Shown here: positions 38,801 to 52,088 of the stretch, piece by piece
Layout: the number at the start of each line of letters is the position of its first letter
How positions within the stretch are numbered: position 1 is the first letter of the stretch
Source of the DNA: Euglena gracilis
Lineage: Eukaryota
Direction: 5' to 3'
Assembly: GCA_039621445.1 (NCBI GenBank)
Contig: CP154954.1
Span: 13,014,716-13,078,715 of the forward strand
Length of the DNA stretch: 64,000 bases
The notes under the pieces: model-generated
What the model saw: only the letters and a program-made list of their open reading frames with translations
What the model was told of the DNA's origin: nothing
The model's database searches: none
Program-made: the position numbers and the translations under genes

Positions 38801-40241
38801 TAATAGTTACTCAAAATACATAAAAGTGACGTGAATTTTTAAAGCAGCTTGACATTATGCAAGCTTGCAACAAATGGCCAATTTGCATTGGCACTCGATT
38901 CGGCTTCACTGGTCCTGAACCTTTACACCTTTACACCTTTACACCTGACCATTTTCAGAATTCATTTTCATTCCACCTTAGTTATTTTATATGCTGTAGG
39001 AAGAGAACACTTTCTTCCTTCCCTCCTCATTTGTCGCACTGCGGCCACCTTGACCGTGCCATGTCTTTGCCTGTGGTAACAGAGGGTGCTTTGTTTGTGG
39101 GTGTCTGTGCAGTGTTGACTGAACTGCACTCCAACCCTCCCCTCCACTGGTGAGAGTGCGATCAAAAACTGCTTTTTTTCTTGTTTGACTCCCTGTTTGT
39201 GTCTTGAGGTGCTTTCCCCCCCCCATGTGTAATGAACCCACTTGCCCAATGAACAGGGAGTCCGGACTTCCAGTTTGTCAGCTTTTATAGCAATGCAAAT
39301 GCCCATACACTCACACTCAAAGAATTTACCCAATTGGAAACTCTCTAGATTTCATTTTGACGTCCATTCGGCCTGGGTAGGGGGGAGGTATATGAAATAA
39401 AATTGCACAGTGAAAAACAACTTGTGTTTTATGGATTCCAGAGCATTTCGCATTCCCCATTGGAAAATTGTCAACCAACGATGGTGGGTCAGGCGTGAAC
39501 CGTCACTGCTTGATGGGACAAGATGCCGGAAGATTTGGCACAATGCAGCTTTCGCGGCATGCGCCTTTCCAACCCATCGTGGAACCATGGCAACCTGCTG
39601 AAGCGTACCCCACCGGCTGCATCATTAGCTGAACACTGGTTGCAGTCTATTTTATTTGAGTTGGATTGGACATTGCGATGGTCCATCTGAATGAGAACTT
39701 AACCTGCAGCAACCCCCCCCCCAATATATTCTGCTCCTGCAAATTTCTATTTTGGTTGGTTTTTAAACAAAATATTGGGGGAAGTCAAATTTATCTGGGT
39801 GACCCATGCAAAATTTGTTGTGCATTCTTATTTCCCCCAATAATGCGCATTTTTTGTCCAAGATGGACGTTTTCTGGTGAAAATGGTTATATATACCCAT
39901 CCGATAAGCTTTCTATTTTCTTCTGAATGGCACCATTGGCGGGCTATACGTTTGGGGTGAATGGGGGTTTTTGCAATATTTTTGCGTACAATTTCCTGAA
40001 TTTCTGGGACAAGGAGGGGGTTGGCTTTCAGAATTTGAAATAGTGAGTTTGACTGATTCCATCAACCAATCGCCCCCGCCGACACCCAATTGTACAGCTT
40101 CCCACGCTTTTCCCTGCTTCGAGCCCAGGCTTCTTCGGTTGTTCTGAAATGCTGAATCGGTGTAAGGAGAATGAGGGGCAAGTACCCGAGAGGGGAGTAC
40201 CAAGTTCAAAAACTACGACAAGTGCGCAAAAGTGACCCAGC

Positions 40242-40702
40242 CAGGCATTTGCTTAAGGGATTGCAGTACCCGCCCGGGGGGGGGGCTGGACTGCAGCTAG
40301 TCCAAATTTGGCTAGTGGGTTTTCTAGCAGACCCCCCCCCCGGGGGGGTCAGACCCCCCCCGGGGGGGTCTGCTAGCAGGGCTAGCTAGTGGAAAAATTT
40401 TTCCAGTGACCGGCGCGAAGCGCCGAAAATTTTTTTTGGGACCCCCAAAAATGGCCAAAAATACCCGTTTTTGGCCATTTTTGGGAATTTTTGGAACAAA
40501 ATCAGCCAAAAACCTGTTAAAAACCTCATTTTTTCCTCTGGCGCGCAGAGCCGGAGGAAAAAAAATTTTCCAGTCCGGGGGACCCCCGGACCCCCCCCCC
40601 CCCCGGGGGGGGGAGGGGGGTCTAGCTAGTCCATTTTTTCCAGTGTCTAGCCGATTGGCTAGCCAGTACCCCCCCCCCGGGGGGTCCTTAAGCAAATGCC
40701 TG
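40242..40702. mobile_element. hAT-like MITE (461 bp), 8-bp TSD
   Basis: TIR CAGGCATTTGCTTAAGG / CCTTAAGCAAATGCCTG; TSD GACCCAGC at 40234-40241 and 40703-40710. Confidence 0.92.
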
Positions 40703-41482
40703 GACCCAGCGGCTTGATTTCAAACCTAACTGACAAATTGATATTGACCACCCCCAACGTTAGTCCTTATGCGCATGGCCGCCGTTGTTGTTAACACGCA
40801 AAAATGGCCCCCCTGAGGTTGGCCCCCCGGCTTTACCTTCAATCATGGCCTGGGCCAAGTGCCTGGGGGGGGGGGGGTGAGTGGGATCCAGGTCGAAGCT
40901 CGGCATGTTTCGGAGAGAACTGAATTCACCAGAAGCCTCGTAGTCTGTTTCCGAAGAAGTCTCTCCCCATTCCTTTGGGAGTCGCTCCACGGAAGCAAGC
41001 ACCTCTGATGATGCAGGGCGATGCTGGGCGATGCTGGGCGATGCTGGATTTTTGGAGACCAGAGGTGGGGTTCCGATGCTGGGCGATGCTGGGCGATGCT
41101 GGGCGATGCTGGCATATTTTTGTATATTTTGGAGAATTGAACCATTTTTGGGATAATTTTCCCACAAAGCTCCAGTTTGACACCCATTTTGGCCATTATG
41201 GGTCAATTTTTGCTAATTTGGAGGCTATTTATCACTGATTTGGCAAACATTGGGCTAATTGGGGCCTTTTTGAGCAGATTTTATGGCATTTTTGGCCATT
41301 TTGCGCCTTTTTGGTGATTTTGGGTCAGTTTTCACAATCTTTTGTGGACATTGTTGGCGTTTTTGGGCAATTTTTGATTATTTTGGTTGCTTTTTGGGGC
41401 TTTTTGTGGTCAATTTTGGGCGTTTTGTGACCAATTTTTGGGCTTTTGTGATTATTTTGGCTTGGTCAGGAGCCAACGGATG

Positions 41483-41790
41483 AATACTGGACAGATACTG
41501 GACAAGATGCCGATGCTGGACAAGATGCAGATTCTGGACAAGATGCAGATACTGGACAAGATGCCGATGCTAGACAAGATGAACTGGATGCAGACATTGG
41601 ACAACATGCAGATGGTGGACAAGATGCAGTTGCTGGACAAGAAGCAGATGCTGGACAAGATGCAGATACTAGACAAGATGCAGATACTGGACAAGATGCA
41701 GATGGACAAGATGCAGATGCTGGACAAGATGCAGATGCTGTTCAAGAAGCAGATGGTGGACAAGATGCAGGATGCAACGGATGCAGATGG
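41483..41790 (+). repeat. 18-bp minisatellite (CTGGACAAGATGCAGATR)n
   Basis: Tandem units translating as LDKMQ(I/M); lies inside 40996-42674. Confidence 0.92.
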
Positions 41791-42054
41791 ACAACACAAT
41801 CGACTGGTCGGATACAGCCACACTTTGCCGTGTCTTTCCTTGGTTGTGCTGTTTTAACCTCTGAACACGTACACTCGCCGCAGATCCAGCCTGGTCTGGG
41901 CAGGGTGTTGGGTCGACACCCCGTTGCTGTTGCAGGGGTACCACCCTCCACCCTCCAGCACAACTGTTTTGGATTTTGTTTGTCTAACCGGCAAGAGGCT
42001 TGCAACTTGCACTCGATGTTGCCATCTCACAGGCCTGCACCACATCCTGTGCCG

Positions 42055-42530
42055 GCAAAAAGTAGCAAAAGTGGTCAAAAAGTGGTCAAAAAGCAGGCAG
42101 AAGTGGGGTAAAAGTGGTCAGAAAGCAGCAAAAGTGGGCAAAAAAAGGTGAAAGTGATCAAAAAGCAGCAACAAGGCCAAAAGTAGGCAAAAAGTAGCAA
42201 ACGTGGGCAAAAGTGGTCGAAAAGCAACAAAAGTTGTCAAAAGTGGTCAAAGAGCAGGCAAAAGGGGTCAAAAGTGGTCAAAAAGCAGCAAAAGTGATCA
42301 AAAAGCTGCAAAAGGTGGTTGGAAATGGGCAAAAGTGGGCAAAAAGCAGCAAAAGTGGTCAAGAAGCAGTCAAAATTGGTCAAAAGGCAGCAAATGTGGC
42401 AAAAGTGGTCAAAAAGCAGTCAAAAGTGGTCAAAGTGGGCAAAAAGTAGTCAAAAGTGGTCAAAGTGGTCAAAAAGCAACCAAAGATGGCCAAAAGTAGC
42501 CAAAAGTGGGCTAGAGCGGCAAAAGTAGCA
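42055..42530 (+). repeat. Degenerate ~10-bp satellite (AAAAGTGGTC/AAAAGCAGC)
   Basis: Direct inspection; similar A/T-tract-phased arrays on the opposite strand at 3110-3500, 25050-25310 and 41140-41460. Confidence 0.85.
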
Positions 42531-45500
42531 GGCATTACAGGTACACGTTCAAGGGCTCCAAAGGCGATGCTGGGCGATGCTGGGCGATGCTGAGCGATGC
42601 TGGGCGATGCTGGGCGATGCTGGGCGATGCTGGGCGATGCTGGGCCGAAGGGCATGGCTGACCAGAGGTGCTTGCACGGAAGCTGTGCGACAAGCTTGCT
42701 ACCATTGAGGTGTGGAAGCGGCACAAGCTGCAGGGAATCCTATTCGGTGGTTGCCTACATGGGCTGTTGACCATACCTGCCTTTGTTTCCTCAGTTGGAA
42801 TCAACCTGTATGTAAGCACCTAAAGTTAAAATGGCCTAAAATGGCCGAAAAAGTCTTTTTTGACCTCTACAGGTGGGGGTCCCTTAAATGACCTAAAATG
42901 GCATAAAATGGTCTGAAATGGCTAAAAATGCCCTAAAATTGGAAAATTCTATTGCACAAGATTTCCTTTCTGCAGACAAATTGAAGCCATCATGTGATGA
43001 TTTGTGTGTGTGTGTGTGTGTGGATGACAACCGGTGGCTTTGGTGGACGATGGATGACAACCTGCCTCTCTGACAAACAAACATATTTAAGGCCTAAAAT
43101 GGACAAAAATGGTCCAAAATGGCCCAAAATAAAAACAATTTTTGAACAACCACCCATAGATTAAAATGGCCTCCAACGTGCTTAATAAACCAATGGCAAC
43201 TAAAATGGCAAATTTTTTGGCTTGATTATTGTTCTTTTCTGGTATGCCTTTGGTCCACAATTTTGCTGCCTGAAGTTCCCTGCAGATGCCCGTCAGTTAG
43301 TTTCACAGGGTTTATGTCCAATAGTTTTCATCAAATGTACAGGAGTTCATTGACCACGATGATAATCTCTCTCGGTCCTCCCTTGGACGTTGGCCCATCC
43401 AACCAGAGGAAGTTGTGAGGTTTGTGTGCTCCGCCACATTTTTCGACCTGCAGCATGTGTGTTTTTCCCCCAGCGGCACATTCCCCATTAACAGTGACCA
43501 TTTCAGTGAAAGCATGCATGCATTGCAAATGTTTGCGGTGAAGCACCTGCCCCCCCATCCGGGCGCTTGCCCCCCCCGGCCCGGGCACTTGGCCCCCCTC
43601 CTCCTTACATGCAAACTTGGCCTCCCTAAAGTTGGCCCTAGGCCTTTTGTACACGGCCGCCAAAACTCTTAAAATGCAAGTTTGGCCCCCCTAAGGTTGG
43701 TCCCCTCGCCTTACCTTCAATCATGGCACGGGCCAAGTGCCCGGGGGGGGGGAGTATGAAATGACTGGGCAGGACAGGGTAACTAAAGGGCGTGACTGGC
43801 TTTGATGACAGTCATAGGTGGGGTTCCGTGCGTAGGCTCATTCCGTGACCCAAGAGGGAAACGTCAACGAATGAATTGTCCACAAAAAGGGGGAAGGGGA
43901 GTGGCAGGGGTCAGTGGAGCAGGATGTGGGGAAGGTCTGGCTGGTGCTGGCTGGAGACCCGGCCCGCTTCAGCGGAGAAAGATGGGCAAAAAAAAGAACT
44001 AAGCCCTCATAAATCCTGCTTTTGACCGCTTATTTCCCAAGTTTCAAAAGGAAAACCACCCAGCCCAGCGAGCCCCATTTTTTTTCCGGCCCCAGGAGGG
44101 GGGTCGGAAGTTTGGCTGGGAGCTGCTCCATGGGAGGGATCAAGACGTCATTCTCACAAGCCATGCCATATGGTTGCGAACATTTGGCGCCTCCACAGGC
44201 AAATGTTACCCCCACCCCCCCGACACCCCTATGCCCCCATCCCCACATCCCTCACCGAAGGCCATTGTGGTTCCATTATTTTTCTGAGCGAAATGGCAAA
44301 ATGATTGAAATTTTGGCTGTGCACAGACAGCATTCTCCCAAAAAAGGTCACTGGAATCGTGGGAATTCGCCTGCGACACGTCCCACGGGCGGGCTCCCTC
44401 CAGCACATTTGATGGTTCAGCGAGGTCAAGCCAACTTCCCCGCAAGGGTCGTCGGGGCCGATTCAGCCCGGAGTCCATCCTACGGCAGGCTGGGAAGGAG
44501 AATTCATTCAACCAGCCAACACTTTTTTCCCAGTCGGGGAAACCAGAGCAGGTCCTTTACTCACCTTTGAGCGTGTTATCAGTTGTTTCATCAACAACTG
44601 ACTTTTTTGCAATTATTTGGGAGCCATAATGTGTGCTCGTCTTCTTCATCTTCCGCTGGGCATACCCTGTGGGGTGGTTCCACTTTTCACTTTCAGGATT
44701 TGTACTGGAACACCTCGAAACATGTGTAAACGTGAGGAAGTGTTTTGTTTTCTTGAGCACCCCAAAGGTTCTTGTTCCAATACTCGGGAAGTCGTCAGTT
44801 GTATGAACCGGTGTTTCCCCATGGAAAGGTAATTGCAAGCAACAGAGTTATGTGAAGAAAATCTTGGAAAGGCCGCCATGGAGGCCTTTCAAACCCACCA
44901 CGTGGGAACGTGTTTTCGGCCATGGTGTGCCAGAGCTGAAACACAAAGAAGTTCATGGAGATGGCATTTTGCCCCCGCCCGGCACCGTGTCGTTATCCGT
45001 GTCGGGTGTGCCCCAGAACGGCTCGTGCAACAGGTTGACGCTAAAAAAGAAGTAAAACAATTTGGAATATGACAAAAAAAAGTCACCAAAAATAAGAACA
45101 ACGACAAAAAAATAACTCAAATGAACAGACAGAAATATGTAGATAGAACGGCATTGTGCAAACCATAAAAATATGACATAATTGAAATAATATAACAAAG
45201 TTAAGCAAAATAAAAATAAATAAAGTAGAACAGGCAGTACCTGGGAGCATAATTTGTGTTGCATCTTCTTTGAAGTTCTGGGCGCACCCCATTCTTGTCG
45301 GCTGGTTCCACTTTTCACATTAAGGACCACCTCCAATTGTCTAGCACATTTGGAATTGTGTGTGAATCTGAAGCAGTATTTTCTGACGGATCCCAAAGGG
45401 GAGTCCAGCCCTCCGCTCATCCGCTGCAAAGGTGCTGGCTGGACCCCCCCCCCGCCCTTTTTCAGCTGAAAGATTAAGGTAGTAACACCCACCCCCAAAA

Positions 45501-46249
45501 CACCCGCTTTTGACCATGTTTTGGCCTCCTGAGGTGGTCAGACAGATGCCCCAAAGGAGTGGGGGTGTCGGTTTGTCTCTCCTCCTCCGCCGCGGGGCCC
45601 ACACAGTCGGACACCCCCTCGTTTGGTGCGGGGCCCCGGTGCATGCGCCAGCCCCTCGCTCGCCCCCGCAGGCGTGCTGCATTCCGCCTCGGTCGCCTCC
45701 ATCCACAGGATGGGACGCACCGCTGGTTTGCCCAGGCGTGGGGATGCCATTTTCCAGAAATAGACCACCGAAGCTGAGGACCAGCCTCGGTCCGTGTCGC
45801 GGATTTGGTCTCCCCTTCTTGACCCTGGGTTTCACCTCGCATTTTTCCTTTTGACAATCAACAGGAAGATGGAGGTGTGCATTGTTCGTTTGTTACCTAT
45901 TCGACCACAGAGTCCCCCCCACCAGGCTTAGGGTTAGGACAGTTTATTGCAATATAATTTGCGGTTACAAGACGCTGTTCTTCAAACTCGCTTTTGTGTT
46001 GGTTGTTTATTTTGGCAAGGTTTTGTTCTGTGTGTGTGTGTGTGTGTAGGTGGGTGGGTGGGTGGGTGGGTGGGTGGGTGGGTGCGTCGTTTTTGAGAAG
46101 TTTGCTTAAACATGATTTCCATTCAATAGAATTTCCTGATTTGGGACCCAATTTTCAGCCAAAACCTTGTTATGTTTCTTTGTTGTTGTTTTTTGCTAAA
46201 TTTTTTTGCCAGAAATCGAAATTTTCAAATCCTTCTGTTCCCGATAATA

Positions 46250-46351
46250 CCCCCCCCCCTTTGTCGTTGACACGGCGTGTCGTTGGCACACCCCCCGTGT
46301 CAACGACACTTTTCTGGAACATTGGCATGCCAACGACAAGGGGGGGGGAGG
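46250..46351. mobile_element. TA-TSD MITE (102 bp)
   Basis: ATAA-TA[C(n)TTTGTCGTTG...CAACGACAAG(n)AGG]TA-CAAACGTTC versus the empty site ATAA-TA-CAAACGTTC at ~19795-19809. Confidence 0.92.
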
Positions 46352-47126
46352 TACAAACGTTCTATGTCTTGACGATTTCATAAACAGGACTTTTCTTTAT
46401 GTGGCTCTAACGTTCAGTCTGGAACCAAATTTCTGTATAATTTCCTAACTGACGCATCTCGTTTCTACAACAATTCATGTCATTTTGTAAATTTCCTGCT
46501 GCCCAAATCCCCACCCCAATGGGAAGGGACGGAAGTGCTTCTTTTGCATTTCCAACTCAAGCGAATTTGTACTGTTTGATTTTTTTTGCAAATGAAAATG
46601 TTGGAAATGTCGCGTTTGGCGTCCCGTTCTCCGCCGCCGCTGTCGGTCCACCCTGGCGGTCTCTCCCTCCCGCCGTCGTGCCTCTGCCACTTAGCCGGGA
46701 CACTCCCCCCACTGGTCTTTACCGCCAGTGCTGACTGCACCTCCAGCTCGCCGGGCCTTCCACACTCGCTCAGCCACCGCGCTTCGCGCATTGTCGGGTG
46801 ACAAAGAGACCTTTCCTCCCCTGGACTGACCCCGCATCGAAAGGCATGCAGGACAACCGTTCACACGTGTCTCTCTTTTGCTCTTTTCCAAGAGGAGGCA
46901 TTATTATTTTAATCCATTTTTTTCCTCGAGATTTTAAGGAGTTTTCAGGCATTCCAAGGTTTTTTAAGGAGCTATTTTCTGCCCTTTCAGCTGTTTCCCC
47001 GCTAATAAAATACAACCCCAGAAGGACAAAATACATGTTTATGGGCGCAAATGCGTGCACAAACAAAATTATGTTGGTGCGCGCATTTGCATCCATAAAC
47101 ACGTTTTTTACCTTCAAGGTTGGGCT

Positions 47127-47273
47127 CAGGGTTTGATATAAGCAGGGCGTACATGGTTTAGGTGGGGGGGTGTCCCCCCACCCCCCCCCCTCCTGGCTGC
47201 TATGCTCCTATGCTCCTGGCCCGCAGGGGGGTCCGGACCACCCCCCCCCCACCTGTCCTTATATCGAACCCTG
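47127..47273. mobile_element. hAT-like MITE (147 bp), 8-bp TSD
   Basis: TIR CAGGGTTTGATATAAG / CTTATATCGAACCCTG; TSD GTTGGGCT at 47119-47126 and 47274-47281. Confidence 0.92.
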
Positions 47274-47919
47274 GTTGGGCTTCTTCTTCCGGGTTCTTTG
47301 CAATCAAACTGGTTGTGCAGGTCCCGGGTATAAGTTGGGTGGGAGACACCCGTCCCTTTCTTCCCCTCTGAGCATCCCTTGCCAAACACCCAGTAAACCC
47401 ACCAAATTATGTTTCTGGATAGTGGCTGGTCCGCGCCGTCACAGCCCATTTGTCACGCCGTTTATCGACAGTGTCAGTTCATGAAGTCAGGTCAGTTCAG
47501 TGAGGTGTGTTTGGGTTGTTTGTTAAAGCGCGGGGAGGAGGTGCGGGGGTGTGTGGGTGTGGTATGATCAAGCTGGCGGGAACAACTGTCACACTGTTTG
47601 TCAACAGTGTAGTTCATTGGCGCTAAACCATGCTCAAACAAAACATTGGCTTGTGCGCGCAAATGCACGCACCAACAGAAGTTGTTCTGAATGGTCGAAA
47701 TGGTATGACAAAACAAACGACAGTATCATGGTTCAGGTGCACTAAAGCACGCATCATGCTGTTGGGGGGCACGAATGCGCAAATGAACCTCATACAGAAA
47801 TTCCAGAATTTCAAAGGTTGCGCATTTGCGCATTTGCGCACACCAACGACGTGACACGCGCTTTAGAGCAAACGAACCACCTATGTAGGAATAAAAAATT
47901 TGGCCCTGCAATAACCCAC

Positions 47920-48003
47920 CGTCTCTGGCTTCTGAAGGTGTTCAACCTCGACGACCGCACCGTCTCCTCCAACTCCTTGTATTTTGGGGGCCATTTCTCC
48001 TCT
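47920..48003 (-). CDS. Candidate isolated 84-nt exon (EEKWPPKYKELEETVRSSRLNTFRSQR)
   Basis: GC3-biased codons; upstream CTG-TGAGT|A nonconventional-type 3' boundary and downstream CG|GTGGGT donor. The antisense frame is also open, so the strand is uncertain. Confidence 0.35.
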
Positions 48004-50074
48004 ACTCACAGGTCCCAGGAAAGGTTGAGATAGAGGATCTGAAGATAACGGAGCACGCCCACCGGCACGTTGCCCCACAACTGGTGTGAGACGGGGCGAT
48101 GGGTGCCAGCCCTGAAAGCCCGTCTTTTGGGTTAAAGTTCAACCTCTACCACTCGATTGGTTGCATGAGATTGCATGAGATCGGTGGGATTTTCCCAGCA
48201 CAAATCATGCACAGAAACTGGTGTGTTTTACGTTTTACAGGAGAAAAAACGAGGAGTGGTGGAGAATACCGGAAACTGATGCCGGCCCAACCCGTCCCGG
48301 GAATTTCAAGTACCAAAATTTGAATTCTTGTAATTCAGTATTATTACAGAAAAAACGTCTGACAGTAACAGGTCGTTTGCACGTCACCAATTTGTTACGC
48401 TTATCTGCCAAACGGATGACGCCAAAACGACCGACTGTGCGGGGAAGCAGTGCAAATGTTCACACGTAAGGCAGGCAAATTTTCGCCCGTCAGATGCCGT
48501 GTTCAAGTGAACATTACACAACACCTCTCACCACAAAATTCATCACGTAAAAGTGATGCAATTCAAGGGTTGGCGTGCCGAATTGCGTTCGCCAGCTGTC
48601 ACCGACGAGGAGATGGTATCGCACAACCGATGAGTGTCATGGTCCTCATCAGTGTGCTTTTCCATGGACATGCTATTCGTTTCCACCCATGCATAAACCA
48701 TCTACATACCAGTTTCCCCAAGAGGTTGGTGCGCGCATTTGCGCACACAAACAAAATTTGTTTGTTGCCTCATTTGCGCCCACAAACATGTCATTTCAAC
48801 GTCAACGTTTTGTGCTGTGTGCGCGCAAATGCGCCCACAAACACACATCACTTGCGTGACAGCTGGGCTGACGTAGTCTGTAGTACGTGATGTAATAAGG
48901 CTCCGCGTTTCTTTACAAGCGGCTGTAGTACCCAAGCCAGTTCAGTCAGCACATCAGCACCAGTACCAATTGTCATAACAGCGGGTGTGTGCTTCTCACC
49001 TGTTTGGCATACAAGAACACCAGTCTCACCCTCCGCCCTCTTTGCGTCACTCGGCAAGTAACTTGCATACAAAACCACCCGGAGTTTGCAACCCTTCAAC
49101 ATAGGGTCGCAACTGTTCATAAGCCGTTCTCTGTGAGTCAGGTTACAGGGTTCCATATTTTTTGCAGAATTTGTAAATTTCCGCAAATGCGCGGATTTCA
49201 AAAGAAAAAACCCTTAAGTGCGAATTCGGCCGCCTAAGTGGCTCGTTTTTAGGGAGATTTTGTGGTTCGATTTTTGTTTGGTCGGAGAGAATTCTGCCAG
49301 TCCAAAATTTTAAGGCATTATGAGGCATTTTAAGAGATTTTAAGCCCTGAAATATAAACAACCAGTCATTTATATTTGTTTTTCCAAAAGGTTGCCTGTG
49401 TCAGGGACGCATTTCCCAAAATATTGCCATGTTTTGAACGGGGCTGTTTCCCTTGCTAGTTTTGGGGAGCGTGCCTCTCCACTGAACCACCCCCCCCCAC
49501 TCTCCCCCCCCTCCTCCATACATGCATGCTTGCCCCAAAATTGGACCCTCGGCTATAAGTTGTGCTTTTCGCACCGTATTTTAACATTTTGGCTTTTTCT
49601 GTGCAAAATTCTCAACATTCATCCCCCGGCCTTCCCTTCATTTGTGCCCGGGCAAAGCGCCGGGTGGGGGTGCGAATAAAACACTTCAATTTTGACAAGA
49701 GGGGAGTGTATCTCTTTACAGCTCTCAGCCTGGCCATGATTCAGGAGGTATATGCAAGTTGAATAATTTGCATTTTTTGCATAATCCAAAATCTTAAATT
49801 TTTGCATTTTTTTGCATCATAATACACAATTGCATATTAACAGTAATTTGCATAGTGACACATAAGTGGATGCAATTGGGCAAACCAGCCACGTTATTTT
49901 ACAAATTCACATCACGTTTTTTTTTGGTGTGGCGGTTTTTTCGGTGTTCATTCATTTTTTTGAGAGTATTGTGCTTTTTTGTGTGTGTCCTGACAGAGTA
50001 AAGTGCAAATATATATATTTGCGCACATCAATCACCCAAAGCTGCCAGCAATGTTCGTGGGGACAGGGTCTAGC

Positions 50075-52088
50075 CAGGGGCAGGGAGATATTCCAGTCCG
50101 GAATCAACCAGAATAAACCGGAATAGCGAAAACCGGAATAAACCGGAATAAACTGGAATAACCGGAATAAAAGTGCCAGCCAATGGCTTGAAAATTCTGC
50201 AAGGCACAAAGACAATGAAGGTGAAGTTTGATATATTTTTAGGTTTCAAAATCGCGAGGGCAACAAAGCAGCGCAAGCGTAGCACAGTCGACACGTGATA
50301 TCAGGAGCACACCTTCATTTTGCCTGTTTTTACCCCTAGTTGAATGTATTTTTTGTTTGGATTTTATCCCCACTTGTGGAGCTGCACTTAGTGAATGTTT
50401 GTCCCTGAGTTCTTTTTAAAGGGACATGAACTAGGACAACATCAACGCCGATTTTTGGGGGCAGGCATACCATTGGACAAAGTGAATCATCTTTCAAACA
50501 GGGGGTAATAACACTCTTAGGCGGCCTAACTCGCATTTAAGGTTTTGATATTTGCATTGCGCTTAAGCGCAACGTTGCATTCTTTTCGAAACCCTGCGGT
50601 GAAACCCACCCTTTTGGCCCTCGGGTTCTGTGGGGGGCCCTCCACGGTGGCACGTACATCATTTGCGGTTATTCTGACCCAGGAAACAGGCCTTTTTTGT
50701 GTTTTTAAGCCTGTGATCCATTTTGAAAAAGGTTCAAAATCCAGGTTTGAACGCCTGGACACGTGAACAGCAACACTGGCCTGATGCGCACTTTTTGAAA
50801 GTGTAAAATTGCGTCGATGCGAAATCTTGCAAAAAGGTTCTGTTATCGAACACCGAGGTGTGAGACAGTCCGAATTAGTGTCTCCCTACCCCCAGGGCTT
50901 GTGGACGAAAATAACGACTTGGATCTCTACAGTGTACAGGCACAGGGCTCCCCAGGCCCAGTGTGCATAACCCCAAAGCGCCAGGTACTGAAACAAGGGA
51001 ACTCCATTGTGCAGTTGCACCATGGCAGAAAAGATTTTTTCATTACAAAAGTGAAAAACATTGCGCTTTGGCGGAACGTTTTTTTTTTTTTGCATTTCCA
51101 AATGTGGGGAATCGCAATCAGGCTGTATTTTAGTCGGGTGCCGACCCCACCCCGCGCGGGGTGGGTGCCTGACTGGGCAGGCACTCCAAGGCACTCCCGA
51201 TCCGACCCCCCCCCAGGGGGGGGTAGGGCACACGGCCAAAAGTACCCTAGCACAAGAGCCAAAAATGGCTTATTTTCAAAGGAACGTGCCTGGGCACAGG
51301 CCATCCGACCCCGGGGGGGGGGGGGGTAGTGCCTGCCTGGGCAGGCACTCATAGGCACTCCAGACCCCCCCCGGGGTTGGTAAAAAACTGCCTGATCGCA
51401 ATAATAACAAAATATGCGTCAATGTGTGTTTTCATTGTGTGTTCGCAAGGAAAACACGCTCATGTAGAATGAAATTTTATAAGTTATATTGCGCCACGGC
51501 GCAACAGAAATACAATTTTTTCCTTCAAAATTTGCATGGCTGTTGCGCCGAAGCGGACACCTCAGCAGGTAAACCTTCATGGACAGATTGCAGAGCCTAA
51601 AACAGCAACAAAACGGACCAAAAGTCACCTGGCCTGTGTAGCACCATCTGGAGAACACAGTCAAGGCTTCTAAAATGAGGGAGACACAGCAGGGCCTAAG
51701 ACACCCAGCGTTGTCCCTTCCTGTTTCCTTCCTGTTTTTGGGAAGGAAACAGATAGCGGTGCCAGGGACCCGCCTCAAGAGAAAACCCCGAGCACCAATT
51801 TTCATTGTTTGTCCTGGAAAGGCCGGGGTCTGCTGTGGTGTGCAAACCCGCATCACCGCAAAGTGACCACTTGGCGGGGTGGGGCAACCAAAGAATGCAT
51901 CTCTATTCTTGAAGCCCGGGTGAGTGCCTCGGCCCAATTGTATTTCAAATAATACTAAGTCCATTCAGACAGAAATTGACCGGAATAAACCGGAATAAAT
52001 CCCGGAATAACCCGGAATAACCCGGAATAAATTGGAATAAACCCCCGGAATAAAAATTTCGGTTGACCGGAATATCTCCCTGCCCCTG
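50075..52088. mobile_element. ~2-kb TIR element with (CCGGAATAA)n subterminal repeats
   Basis: 20-bp TIR CAGGGGCAGGGAGATATTCC / GGAATATCTCCCTGCCCCTG; flanking repeat GTCTAGC (7 bp); absent at paralogous ~22110-22125. Confidence 0.9.
51119..51394. mobile_element. hAT-like MITE (276 bp), 8-bp TSD, nested in 50075-52088
   Basis: Ends CAGGCTGTATTTTA / TAAAAAACTGCCTG; TSD ATCGCAAT at 51111-51118 and 51395-51402. Confidence 0.9.

Larger units (their letters stand above)
40996..42674. mobile_element. hAT-like non-autonomous element (1679 bp) with internal satellites
   Basis: TIR CAAGCACCTCTG / CAGAGGTGCTTG; TSD CACGGAAG on both sides; empty site at ~14938-14975; (GGGCGATGCT)n near both ends. Confidence 0.92.

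Noticed and set aside
41483-42643. Tandem repeats as a CRISPR array
   Set aside because: The units are contiguous, with no unique spacers and no cas genes, in a eukaryotic context.
48989-49150. TCIQNHPEF resembling a P2X7-ballast/Kolobok accessory motif
   Set aside because: A single short motif without the surrounding cysteine pattern or a TTAA target site.
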